From Pontiella sp. (GTDB taxonomy: Bacteria > Verrucomicrobiota > Kiritimatiellia > Kiritimatiellales > Pontiellaceae), in NCBI GenBank assembly GCA_050290185.1, contig JBNKHE010000002.1:224001-288000 (forward strand): a stretch of 64,000 nt of DNA. The letters run 5' to 3'. Positions 29,401 to 40,547 of this stretch are shown here, in pieces. The notes below the pieces were generated by a model. That model was not told where the DNA came from. It searched no databases and saw nothing but the letters and a program-made list of their open reading frames with translations. The stretch's first letter is position 1, and every line of letters begins with the position of its first letter. Both the position numbers and the translations under genes were made by a program.

Positions 29401-30872
29401 CCTCCCAGGGAAAGCAAACCGCCGGCATCCCAGACCAGATTGGTTTGCTGCACAATATTGAACGGTCCATCGATAGCCAACGTACCTCCGCCGGCGAGGT
29501 TGAACGTGTTACTGGCATGAATAACCAGATCGTGCGCATAAACCGTTCCGCCACTCGACACCGTTACGGAGTTTCCGGTCGAGGTGTAGTAGTTCGTTGC
29601 AATCACGGTATTGGTAACCGATCCCGACACAACTTCCTGCGTGGTAACATAAGAACCTAGATAACCAATCTGCAGGGTTCCGTTGTTGGCCCACCCGGAA
29701 CCGGCCCCCGTGACAACAACGGCATTGTCCAGCGAATTGGATGCAGCGCCGACATTTCCATCGCCGTTGGCCAAGGCACCGCCATCAGCGATGGTCAGCG
29801 TATTACCGCTTCCCGAAACGGACAGGTCGCCGCCAACGTTCCAGCTGGCACCACTGCCATCAACCGTCAGCATTTGCTCGGTTCCATCAAGCCCGTTGCT
29901 CTTCGTCAATGCTCCGCCAACCGATAACGCGCCACCATTCTCCCAGTTAAAACCGCCCTGATCGGCATCGAAGTCGCCCCTGATGACAAGCGTTCCGCCG
30001 GCTTCGACATCCAACGAGCTGCCGGCATTGCCGATCTCCAGCGACTGTGCTTCGACGGAACTTCCATTTGTGATAGCAACGGATCCGGTGAGGGCTGCGT
30101 TCGTTCCCCCTATATAGAGGCTTCCGGTGGTTTCAACAGTCGATCCATGCCCGACCAGCATGGAGGCGCCGTTGGTCGAAGCCACCAATATCCCGCCGTC
30201 GGATCCCGCCATAACATCGTTGTTTGTGGCTTCGCCCACATAGACCCAGGCGCTGTTGGAAACCATCAGATCGCTACCGCCGGTTCCAGATCCAACCGTA
30301 AGGTTGGTTGCGCCTGTATTCCACAAACCGCCGTCGAGGGTCAGATCGCGCCCGCCATCGAGAACGACGGAATTGTTCGAAACCGCCACTCCGGTCAGAT
30401 CGCCGCCGACCGAAAGATGCCCGCCGTCGTTCCAATTGAAGCCGTCTGTCGACACGTCAAGATTGGTGGAAATAGCGAAAAAACCGCCGCTGTTCAGATT
30501 AAAGTTGTTTCCGGCCTGGAGATCCAGGTCGCCGACAGACAGGCGACCTCCATTATTAACATCTACGGAATTGTTCGTTCCGGGCCCGATCGTCAACGTA
30601 TCTGCGATATCCCAGCGACCGCCGGCCACGGAAATCGCATTGTCATGGGCATTGCTGGAAGTACCGATATAGACGTTCGTGCTGGAAACCGCGCCCCCCG
30701 GAATCACAGTCATCGTATTGCTCGAAGAGGTTTGTCCTACCCAGACGGAATCGTTGGTCCAAGCCGAATTCACGGTTTGATCCATGCCGTCTTGGAGCAC
30801 ATTCGTATATTGTGCAAAAGCGGCGGTAGTGTAAAAAACCAGGGCCGTGCCCAGCGAAAAAAAGCGTTTCAT
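26487..30872 (-). CDS. Autotransporter with T5SS/PEP-CTERM-associated-type beta-helix repeats
   Basis: True start ATG 30872 (MKRFFSLGTALVFYTTAAFA, GGGAG RBS); G/S/N/T-rich repeats (xIGxxxxxxNxVxVxGxGSxW); ~290-aa C-terminal barrel ending in F. Confidence 0.85.
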   Translation of the reverse strand: MKRFFSLGTALVFYTTAAFAQYTNVLQDGMDQTVNSAWTNDSVWVGQTSSSNTMTVIPGGAVSSTNVYIGTSSNAHDNAISVAGGRWDIADTLTIGPGTNNSVDVNNGGRLSVGDLDLQAGNNFNLNSGGFFAISTNLDVSTDGFNWNDGGHLSVGGDLTGVAVSNNSVVLDGGRDLTLDGGLWNTGATNLTVGSGTGGSDLMVSNSAWVYVGEATNNDVMAGSDGGILVASTNGASMLVGHGSTVETTGSLYIGGTNAALTGSVAITNGSSVEAQSLEIGNAGSSLDVEAGGTLVIRGDFDADQGGFNWENGGALSVGGALTKSNGLDGTEQMLTVDGSGASWNVGGDLSVSGSGNTLTIADGGALANGDGNVGAASNSLDNAVVVTGAGSGWANNGTLQIGYLGSYVTTQEVVSGSVTNTVIATNYYTSTGNSVTVSSGGTVYAHDLVIHASNTFNLAGGGTLAIDGPFNIVQQTNLVWDAGGLLSLGGKLSGLPTTNLVADGNTNSIEFAYIDGGHDIELDGGSLPLGTTNLIVGYQASSSELIITNGGSVENADGYIGWGSAANNSVLVSGSGSTWTNSGGDLYVGAYWSGTNLVNTSGDGNSLTIENDGWVNVGDVQTNLTGGSMLVASTNGAQLVVGRGTVDVEGTLYLGLGGASGTNIIRNDGTVSVGDLLIANGSQLDLNSGGTFAIGASFDASTSGFNWKDGGLLSVGGVLSGMDTTSMVVGGATNPVFYLDGGRDLTLAGGSWDLAGTNLVVGYNDSESILTVSQSGGALTSRDAFIGWGTNSANNEVVVNEGGNWTNSRDLWVGHDGSGNTLTVSSGGSVDVGGSAYIGNDDASANNASVTGLNSILEITGDLAIGGTSNSVDNSLSVSDSGEVVVDGSLTLHSGNSIALASDGSISLQSEMNIYSNSTISGAGSIEFDAANATLAFFGNDITLGTGIVFTATSGSSNTVAVNNGMFAVDGTNALPYVNFQTLSLNNSTLNGHGLLDANTFETVSMIDGTIDPAGDGIGRLEIAGIFIPDGTTNRAQVIIDEWDELVFSGTNDVDLSTMTAEVFIPYIPVATNDIVILSATNLVGSFVETNMDVRPLLYDGHLLITNNEVQVQMVGVKDGSIASTLDFAASESIRAGFNGVKNMVFTRTKQLRRNLVSTAHAIPNEVLLLTSTNAPAGAMGPGDQNTIFDMHVWLQQYSGQGNYDRVGISDAFALNNNGTTIGADKLIGEALAVGVNYTYARSAARADNGDRLDTETYWVGAYGEWVGVDGLYVDALASYGYSSYDSERIAASYHGTASYNGHAVGVSADVGQYYYYGENLALSPYMGLHALASMTEDHNEVEDEGSVVQVDGIDHNWVESALGLKLRHRFDTPVGRFQTTGYAEWSYDFVQDEIYSSLTAADVSSTETARISPDESGINAGIGYSWICTDYMEVGVGYNGRFSDNYEEHTGSVMLDIMF

Positions 30873-30993
30873 TCCATAAACTCCCGGTTGAAATGGTTTG
30901 GGAAAAACGGGTGCGAGCATACATAAAGCATCCTGCCGCAGAAAGGGCATATTTGAGAGGATTCCGGCGACGCAATTTGCTAGATTACGGGGC

Positions 30994-32232
30994 ATGGAAG
31001 ATTTTGATGTCATTGTGGTGGGCGGCGGACCGGCGGGGATGATGGCCGCCGGACATGCGGCTGAATATGGCCGCCGGGTGCTGCTGCTGGAAAAAAACCG
31101 GTCACTGGGCGAAAAGCTGAAGCTGACCGGCGGCGGACGCTGCAACATCACCAATGCGGAATTTGATACGCGCATCTTCCTGTCCTTCTTCGGAGAGGCC
31201 GCAAAATTTCTCTTTTCCCCCTTCTCTCGCTTTGCCGTGCGCGACACTTTTGAGTTTTTCGAAGGCCGCGACCTGCCGCTATTCATCTCGGACGACCGCA
31301 AGCGGGCCTTCCCGAAATCGGAAAAATCCACCGATGTGTTGCGGGTGATGGAAGAATACCTGCGCGAACACGACGTTATAACACGGTTCGGAACGTCCGT
31401 GACGGGATTGCTTCTGGAAGATGGCCGGATTGCCGGAGTCGAGACCAACCTCGGGTCATTCCGCTCCGAAAGCGTGGTGCTGGCCACGGGGGGCGCCTCC
31501 TACCGTGAAACCGGTTCAACGGGCGATGGCTTCGACTGGCTTCGGAAAACCGGCCACAGCGTCGCCGAAGCAAGCCCGGATATTGTTCCCCTGCGTGTAA
31601 AGGAGCCGTGGGTAAAGGATCTTTCCGGCACCGCACTCGAACCCATGCGCATCACCTTTACCGCTGCGGACGGCAAGAAGGTCGTGAAGCAGGGAAAGAT
31701 CCTGTTCACCCATTTCGGCATCTCCGGCCCGCTGATCCTCAACAGCGCGAACGAGGTGAAGAAGCTGCTGAAGCAAGGTCCCGTGGCGGCCGCAATCGAC
31801 CTTTTCCCCGGCCTTGAAGTCCCCGAGGTCGACCGGCGGATTCTGGAGGTCTTCAACGAAAACAAGAACAAGATCGTTCGCAACGTCGTAAAGCAGATCG
31901 CCCCGACAGGCATGGCGCGCGCCCTTGCCGCCCAATTGCCTCTGGAAATACTGGAAAAGAAGGTGAATGTCGTTACGCAGGAGGAGCGCAGGACGATTAC
32001 CCTTGCGGCCAAAGGGCTTCCATTCACCGTGACGGGAACCATGGGCTACGACTGGGCGGTGGTTTGCGACGGCGGTGTTCCCCTGACTGAGATCGATACG
32101 CGGACCATGGCCTCGCGCCTGCATCCCAACCTTTTCGTGGTCGGCGACTTGCTGCACATCAGCCGCCCATCCGGCGGATACTCGCTCCAGCTCTGCTGGA
32201 CCACCGGCTATGTCGCCGGAGAAAACGCCTAG
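30994..32232 (+). CDS. HI0933/BaiN-family NAD(P)/FAD-dependent oxidoreductase
   Basis: VVGGGPAGMMAA, KLKLTGGGRCNITN, ATGGASY..TGSTGDG, LFTHFGISGP, GGYSLQ. Confidence 0.9.
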   Translation: MEDFDVIVVGGGPAGMMAAGHAAEYGRRVLLLEKNRSLGEKLKLTGGGRCNITNAEFDTRIFLSFFGEAAKFLFSPFSRFAVRDTFEFFEGRDLPLFISDDRKRAFPKSEKSTDVLRVMEEYLREHDVITRFGTSVTGLLLEDGRIAGVETNLGSFRSESVVLATGGASYRETGSTGDGFDWLRKTGHSVAEASPDIVPLRVKEPWVKDLSGTALEPMRITFTAADGKKVVKQGKILFTHFGISGPLILNSANEVKKLLKQGPVAAAIDLFPGLEVPEVDRRILEVFNENKNKIVRNVVKQIAPTGMARALAAQLPLEILEKKVNVVTQEERRTITLAAKGLPFTVTGTMGYDWAVVCDGGVPLTEIDTRTMASRLHPNLFVVGDLLHISRPSGGYSLQLCWTTGYVAGENA

Positions 32233-32243
32233 GAGGGCACGCC

Positions 32244-32632
32244 ATGAAACCACACATCTTCATGGCGTCACTTGTTGTTGTTCTTGGATGGCCCTGCAGG
32301 GGGGCAGGGAGTTCGCCGGTGCACATCCGTCGCAAACCGGGTACGGCAAGATGGCCACGAACTGGTTTCCGGCCGTGACCGAAGCCATCGTCCGGCAACA
32401 GGCGTATCCTGCGCCGCACATTGCATCCATTTCGGTATCGAATAACGCCGTCGTTCTGAATATCAGAAACCTGACCGCTGGCGAAACGGTGGATATCGAG
32501 CAATCCCCATCGCTGCTGACCACCCACTGGATCCCCGTGGAACACATAACCCCAACCGATGATTCCGCGACCTGGACCCAAATAATCGAAGAAACAAACA
32601 ACACTTCATTCTTCCGGCTGGTGCAACCTTGA
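32244..32632 (+). pseudogene. Probable remnant of a secreted SGNH/GDSL-type hydrolase (internal deletion plus frameshift) retaining the C-terminal sorting-like domain
   Basis: AGGAGG + ATG 32244 encodes a signal-like MKPHIFMASLVVVLGWPCRG that stops after 44 aa. The -1 frame carries HPSQTGYGKMATNWF (like SGNH block V) and ends TSFFRLVQP. Confidence 0.55.
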
Positions 32633-32721
32633 AGAAGCGGGGCACGCCGTGAAAACGCGGGCCTTTCCTTTTGGCTATACCTTGCTTTAATATACCTGCC
32701 TATACCGATGGAGATTCAACG

Positions 32722-33093
32722 ATGCCGTTTAAAATCGAACACCACGTGGAACAGGACTACATCGAGTCGACCTTTACCGGGCAGATCACGATGAGTCTGG
32801 TGCATGACTATGTAACGGCCTTGCTCCCAATTCTTGAAAAAACCGGTTGCAAGCGCCTGCTAAGTGATTCCACGGAGGCACAGATCTTACTCTCCTCTGG
32901 CGATATCCTGAAGTTTCCAAAAATCGTCGCCGCGTCGCCACTGACCGCCGAGCTCAAGCGGGCGGTATTGAAGGCCCCGGGAAAGAGCGGCTACGAAATG
33001 TACGAAATCCTATCGAAAACCATGGGGCAGCAGATTCAGGTTTTTACCGGACGCGATGCAGCGCTGGAATGGCTGCTTGACCAAGACGATTGA
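32722..33093 (+). CDS. Small STAS/SEC14 (SpoIIAA-like) protein
   Basis: GGAG RBS; 123 aa; FTGQIT..LLSD..KRAVL..QVFTGRDAALEWL pattern. Confidence 0.6.
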   Translation: MPFKIEHHVEQDYIESTFTGQITMSLVHDYVTALLPILEKTGCKRLLSDSTEAQILLSSGDILKFPKIVAASPLTAELKRAVLKAPGKSGYEMYEILSKTMGQQIQVFTGRDAALEWLLDQDD

Positions 33094-33144
33094 TCTTGGG
33101 ATCTTTCCGTCCGAACCGTAAAAAACACATTAACGAGGTCACAC

Positions 33145-33753
33145 ATGAAAGTTCTGAAACAGCTTTTTGACAGCAACCGCGAGTGGGCCAAGCGTATTGA
33201 ACTGGAACAGCCCGGGTTTTTCGAACAACTTTCCAAATTGCAAAACCCGGAATATCTCTGGATCGGCTGCGCGGACAGCCGCGTCCCCGCCAACGAAATT
33301 ATCAACCTCCCCCCCGGCGAGGTGTTTGTCCACCGTAACATCGCCAACCTGGTCGTGCATACCGACCTGAACTGTCTTTCCGTCATTCAATATGCAATCG
33401 AAGTGCTGAAGGTAAAACACATCATCGTTTGCGGGCACTATGGATGCGGCGGTGTGCGAGCGGCTATGGACGAAACCAACCATGGACTGATTGATAACTG
33501 GCTACGGCATATACGCGATGTCTATCGCTACCACCGCGACATCCTGGATGCCATCGAAAATCCCGAAAAACGCAAAGATCGTTTATGTGAGCTTAATGTG
33601 ATCGAGCAGGTGTCGAATGTCTGCAATACCACCATGGCAAGAGATGCATGGTTGGCAGGGCAGGAACTGGCGGTCCATGGCTGGATCTACCGCCTTGAAG
33701 ACGGTCTGCTGCGAGATCTGGACGTCACCATGACCGGGGATTCCTCCGTATAA
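33145..33753 (+). CDS. can: Beta-class carbonic anhydrase
   Basis: WIGCADSRVP, FVHRNIAN, CGHYGCGGV, HGWIY..DGLL. Confidence 0.95.
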   Translation: MKVLKQLFDSNREWAKRIELEQPGFFEQLSKLQNPEYLWIGCADSRVPANEIINLPPGEVFVHRNIANLVVHTDLNCLSVIQYAIEVLKVKHIIVCGHYGCGGVRAAMDETNHGLIDNWLRHIRDVYRYHRDILDAIENPEKRKDRLCELNVIEQVSNVCNTTMARDAWLAGQELAVHGWIYRLEDGLLRDLDVTMTGDSSV

Positions 33754-33780
33754 ACAGCCGCTGCTCTACACCCGATCAAC

Positions 33781-33822
33781 AGAAAAGCCGCCTCGTTGCT
33801 GATGCAAGGAGGCGGCTTCTCT
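33781..33822. terminator. Bidirectional terminator between can and the GH2 gene
   Basis: AGAAAAGCCGCCTC..TTGC/GCAA..GAGGCGGCTTCTCT hairpin between convergent genes. Confidence 0.7.
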
Positions 33823-33844
33823 ATTCAGGCAGGAGCTGGCCGGT

Positions 33845-37225
<3,381 letters not shown>

Positions 37226-37230
37226 TTAAA

Positions 37231-38274
37231 CTATTCCCGCACCTTAACCGGAGCAATCCCCGCATGCGTCGGTGTTACCTTTTTAATTTTCCCGGAATCT
37301 TCGAATTCCATCCGGTCGATGCAGACCTCGCGATGAAATCCGCCGGCACCGTTCTCCATGTCGATGCCTTCGGGATAGGTAAAGCGGTGATATACGATAT
37401 ACCATTCGTCCGTACCCGGTACCTGAATCGTGGAATTGTGGCCCGTGGCATAGATGCCGGCTTTAGGATCCTTCTCAATCACAATATTATCTTCGGGAAA
37501 CGTGAGCGGTCCGGTAGGCGACTTGGCCACCGCGTAGCGCACCCGATAGTTCGGGCTGCGGGTATCGTCTTCCGACCACAGGAAATAGTAAACCCCCTTG
37601 CGATAGAATACGTGCGTGCCTTCGCGGAAGGTGGGGTCGGTTTTGATCACCTTAATGGACATTTTCCGGATGGAAACCATGTCCTCGTTCAGCTCGACCG
37701 CTCCCATGTATCCGTTGCCCCAGTAGAGGTAGTACTTTCCGCTTTCCGGATCGAGGAACACATCGGGGTCGATCTCCTGCCCGCCATGGACTCCATTGGG
37801 CTTGAAGTTGATCAGCGGCTCACCGCTGTCCACAAACGGGCCGGCCGGATTGTCGGACACGGCCACACCGATCTTCTGCGCCGCCGTAAAGTAGTAGAAA
37901 TATTTGTACTCCCCGGCGATCTTGCGTTCGATAATGCAGGGAGCCCATGCGTTGCGGTTGGCCCAATCTACATCCTTGTGCAAGTCGAGAATGATGCCTT
38001 CATCCTGCCAGTCGACAAGATTTTCCGAAGAGAAGGTCTTGAAGTAAAATCCACCCCATCCATCAAAACCATCGCTGGTGGGATAGATGTAGAATTTATG
38101 GGTCTTGTGGGAGTAGATAATGTCCGGATCGGCGTAGTATCCATCCAGTGCCCGGTTGTGCCACCCGGCGGAGGCATCTTGTTTTTCAGCGGCGGTTACA
38201 CAGCCAACGAGTGCGATGGCCAGTCCAACCGGAAGAACCCATGCATAAATACCATCACGCTTTGTATTCAACAA
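37231..38274 (-). CDS. GH43 glycoside hydrolase, predicted lipoprotein
   Basis: AAGGAGG then TTG (38274 or 38271); lipobox-like ALVGC; YADPDI, WAP, IDPDVF, FREG, TGHNS, YHRF. Confidence 0.88.
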   Translation of the reverse strand: MLNTKRDGIYAWVLPVGLAIALVGCVTAAEKQDASAGWHNRALDGYYADPDIIYSHKTHKFYIYPTSDGFDGWGGFYFKTFSSENLVDWQDEGIILDLHKDVDWANRNAWAPCIIERKIAGEYKYFYYFTAAQKIGVAVSDNPAGPFVDSGEPLINFKPNGVHGGQEIDPDVFLDPESGKYYLYWGNGYMGAVELNEDMVSIRKMSIKVIKTDPTFREGTHVFYRKGVYYFLWSEDDTRSPNYRVRYAVAKSPTGPLTFPEDNIVIEKDPKAGIYATGHNSTIQVPGTDEWYIVYHRFTYPEGIDMENGAGGFHREVCIDRMEFEDSGKIKKVTPTHAGIAPVKVRE

Positions 38275-38371
38275 TCCCACCTCCTTGGCTACGGACCGTA
38301 AAGACCCGTTTTTGAACTCCTAAACCTAGCGAACAAGGCCCGCAGGGGAAAGCCCATTTAAAGAGATTGTG

Positions 38372-39508
38372 TTAAACTGTCCATTCCTGCAAAAGGATAT
38401 CGGCGGCGTTCCCGGCCGCATTCCGCGAACCCAATAGTTTCCGCACCTCTTCGTAGCCCGCCAGCATTTCGCGCCGCTCCGGCGTATCGGCCAGCAGTTT
38501 GGCCAGCGCATCGGCCATCGCTTCAGGAGAGGCCGCCTGCTGGATTAACTCCGGACAGACGGTGCGCTTCGCCACAATATTCACCAAGCCGATATGCCGG
38601 ATGGTTAGCACCGATCGCGCAAACCAATAGGTCGCCGGGCTGGTTTTGTAGACAATGATCTGCGGAGTTCCAATCAGTGCGGTTTCGAGTGTCGCCGTGC
38701 CTGAAGTCACGATTGCGGCACCTGCCTGTCGCATCAGCTCGCGCGCCTGCCCCCGAACGACGGAAAGCCGGGACGGTTTATCGGTGCTTTGGGCGACCTG
38801 TTCATTCACCATGCGTTCGATGCGCGCATTAGGCGAAGCTATCAGGAAAGAAAGGTCGGGAAAGTGTGCCTCCAATCGTGTTGCGGCAGCAAGAATTGAG
38901 GGAAGGATGCGCTGGATCTCCTGTTTCCGGCTACCCGGAAGCAGCGCAATCCGCCGCTTCGAATCCCAGGGGAGTGCCGCCGCCGGTGTGGCCAGAAATT
39001 CATCGATCTGGGCCACCAGCGGATTACCGACAAAATCAGTCTGAAGCCCTGTGTCCCGGAACAGCTCCACCTCAAACGGGAAAACCACCATCAGCCGGTC
39101 AATAATCTTCGCCATCTTCGGAATGCGCTTCTTGTTCCACGCCCAGACCTTTGGGCAGATATAGTAGTAAACCTTCACGCCGCGCTTCTTCAGCTCCGCC
39201 GCCAGACGCAGGTTAAAGCCGGGATAATCGACCAGCAGCGCAGCATCCGGTTTACGGCGATCCACCTCGGCCAGCACCTGATCAAAAACACCTTTGAGAA
39301 AGCGGTAGTGCTTCAACACCTCGACGATACCCATGACGGACATTTGGTCGGAGTGCTGCAAAAGTTCGACCCCCCCGGCTCGCATATCATCGCCACCAAG
39401 CCCCCAGAAAGAGGCCTCCGGCGCACGGGCCTTAAGCGCCTGCACCACCTTCGCGGCATGCAGATCGCCCGACACTTCCCCCGCCACAACTAAAATCGAT
39501 TTCTTCAT
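38372..39508 (-). CDS. lpxB: Lipid-A-disaccharide synthase
   Basis: VAGEVSGDLH, VDYPGFN, KVWAW, VGNPL, LPGSR, SGTATLE. Confidence 0.95.
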   Translation of the reverse strand: MKKSILVVAGEVSGDLHAAKVVQALKARAPEASFWGLGGDDMRAGGVELLQHSDQMSVMGIVEVLKHYRFLKGVFDQVLAEVDRRKPDAALLVDYPGFNLRLAAELKKRGVKVYYYICPKVWAWNKKRIPKMAKIIDRLMVVFPFEVELFRDTGLQTDFVGNPLVAQIDEFLATPAAALPWDSKRRIALLPGSRKQEIQRILPSILAAATRLEAHFPDLSFLIASPNARIERMVNEQVAQSTDKPSRLSVVRGQARELMRQAGAAIVTSGTATLETALIGTPQIIVYKTSPATYWFARSVLTIRHIGLVNIVAKRTVCPELIQQAASPEAMADALAKLLADTPERREMLAGYEEVRKLLGSRNAAGNAADILLQEWTV

Positions 39509-39514
39509 TCTGGG

Positions 39515-39579
39515 ACCACGAAATACACGAACCACACAAAACCCAACCACGCGTTCGTGTATTTAGTGTATTTCGTGGT
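39515..39579. repeat. REP-like palindrome built from 9-mer units
   Basis: Perfect 14-bp inverted repeat ACCACGAAATACAC (39515-39528) / GTGTATTTCGTGGT (39566-39579), with internal tandem units. Confidence 0.75.
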
Positions 39580-40412
39580 TAATCCTCTTCCGTGGTTTTA
39601 ATGGCGACAAAGGCCATGCCAAGTTGATCGGCGAGAGCAATGAGCTTTTCCTTTTCGAGCAGGATGGTTTTGCCGGCTTCGACCGCGAGACACGACACCT
39701 TGGCTTTCCTCATCATCCGGAAGGTTCTGGTACCGACCACCGGAATATCGAAGCGCATGTCATGCCCCTCTTTCGGCACCTTGACAATCACCGTGCCCGC
39801 CTTGCCGACCCGGCCGGCACGCTGGATGGTTTGATTGGTGCCCTCCCAGGCTTCGACGGCAATGATGATGCCGTCCTTGATCGCCACCGTCTGTCCAATC
39901 TCGAATTCACTGGTTCCCTTGACCAGCTTCAGCCCCAGTGCAATGTCGGCCTGTTCGCGTTCCGTCGGAGCACGACGGCTCAACCGGCCGACTTCCGGCG
40001 TGTAACATTCCATAAAGGAATTGCCCGGCAGGACGGTGATTCCGCGCCCCTCGATGGCCGCCACAATAGCGCCAAAAATCGTATGGGCATTCTTGCTCTC
40101 CAGCTCCGCCATCATTTCGCGGGCTAGCTTATCGTAGCGGAGATGGAAGAGATTGCTGGGGGCGATCTGGCCCGCCATAACGCACTGCTTAATCCCCGTA
40201 GACTCCAGTTTTTCGAGAAACGGTTCCATGGCCCCCAGATTGGTCCAGAGCACCTCGTCGGCCAGCGGCAGCACCGCGCGGCTGGTTTCGCCCTTGAACC
40301 CCAGCACCACGATGCGCTTAACGCCGGCGTCGCGCGCCGCCTTCGCCATCATCGCCGGATAAGCCTGCCGCCCAGCAATGATGATCAGTGATTCAGGAAT
40401 ATCCGGTTTCAT
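39579..40412 (-). CDS. lpxI: UDP-2,3-diacylglucosamine diphosphatase LpxI
   Basis: IIAGRQAYP, EIGQTV, AVEAWEGTNQTIQRAG, KVPKEGHDMRFDIPVVG; adjacent to lpxB. Confidence 0.9.
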   Translation of the reverse strand: MKPDIPESLIIIAGRQAYPAMMAKAARDAGVKRIVVLGFKGETSRAVLPLADEVLWTNLGAMEPFLEKLESTGIKQCVMAGQIAPSNLFHLRYDKLAREMMAELESKNAHTIFGAIVAAIEGRGITVLPGNSFMECYTPEVGRLSRRAPTEREQADIALGLKLVKGTSEFEIGQTVAIKDGIIIAVEAWEGTNQTIQRAGRVGKAGTVIVKVPKEGHDMRFDIPVVGTRTFRMMRKAKVSCLAVEAGKTILLEKEKLIALADQLGMAFVAIKTTEED

Positions 40413-40440
40413 AGTACCCCGCACCATGCCAGAAAAACCA

Positions 40441-40473
40441 AACCCTTGGAAAACGTTTTTTCCAAGGGTTGGA
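40441..40473. repeat. Perfect 13-bp inverted repeat (REP-like or terminator)
   Basis: AACCCTTGGAAAA-CGTT-TTTTCCAAGGGTT; the right arm extends into the self-palindromic TCCAAGGGTTGGA. Confidence 0.6.
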
Positions 40474-40547
40474 GTGCAGCGGCCTCGCCTCATTTTCTTT
40501 GAGCGGGAAAGCGCAGCTACGTTAACGACTCGATCCGTCCTTCCTCA

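Noticed and set aside
30873..31487. 205-aa N-terminal extension of the autotransporter ORF in the track
   Set aside because: It is antisense to the HI0933 gene; the RBS and signal peptide point to ATG 30872.
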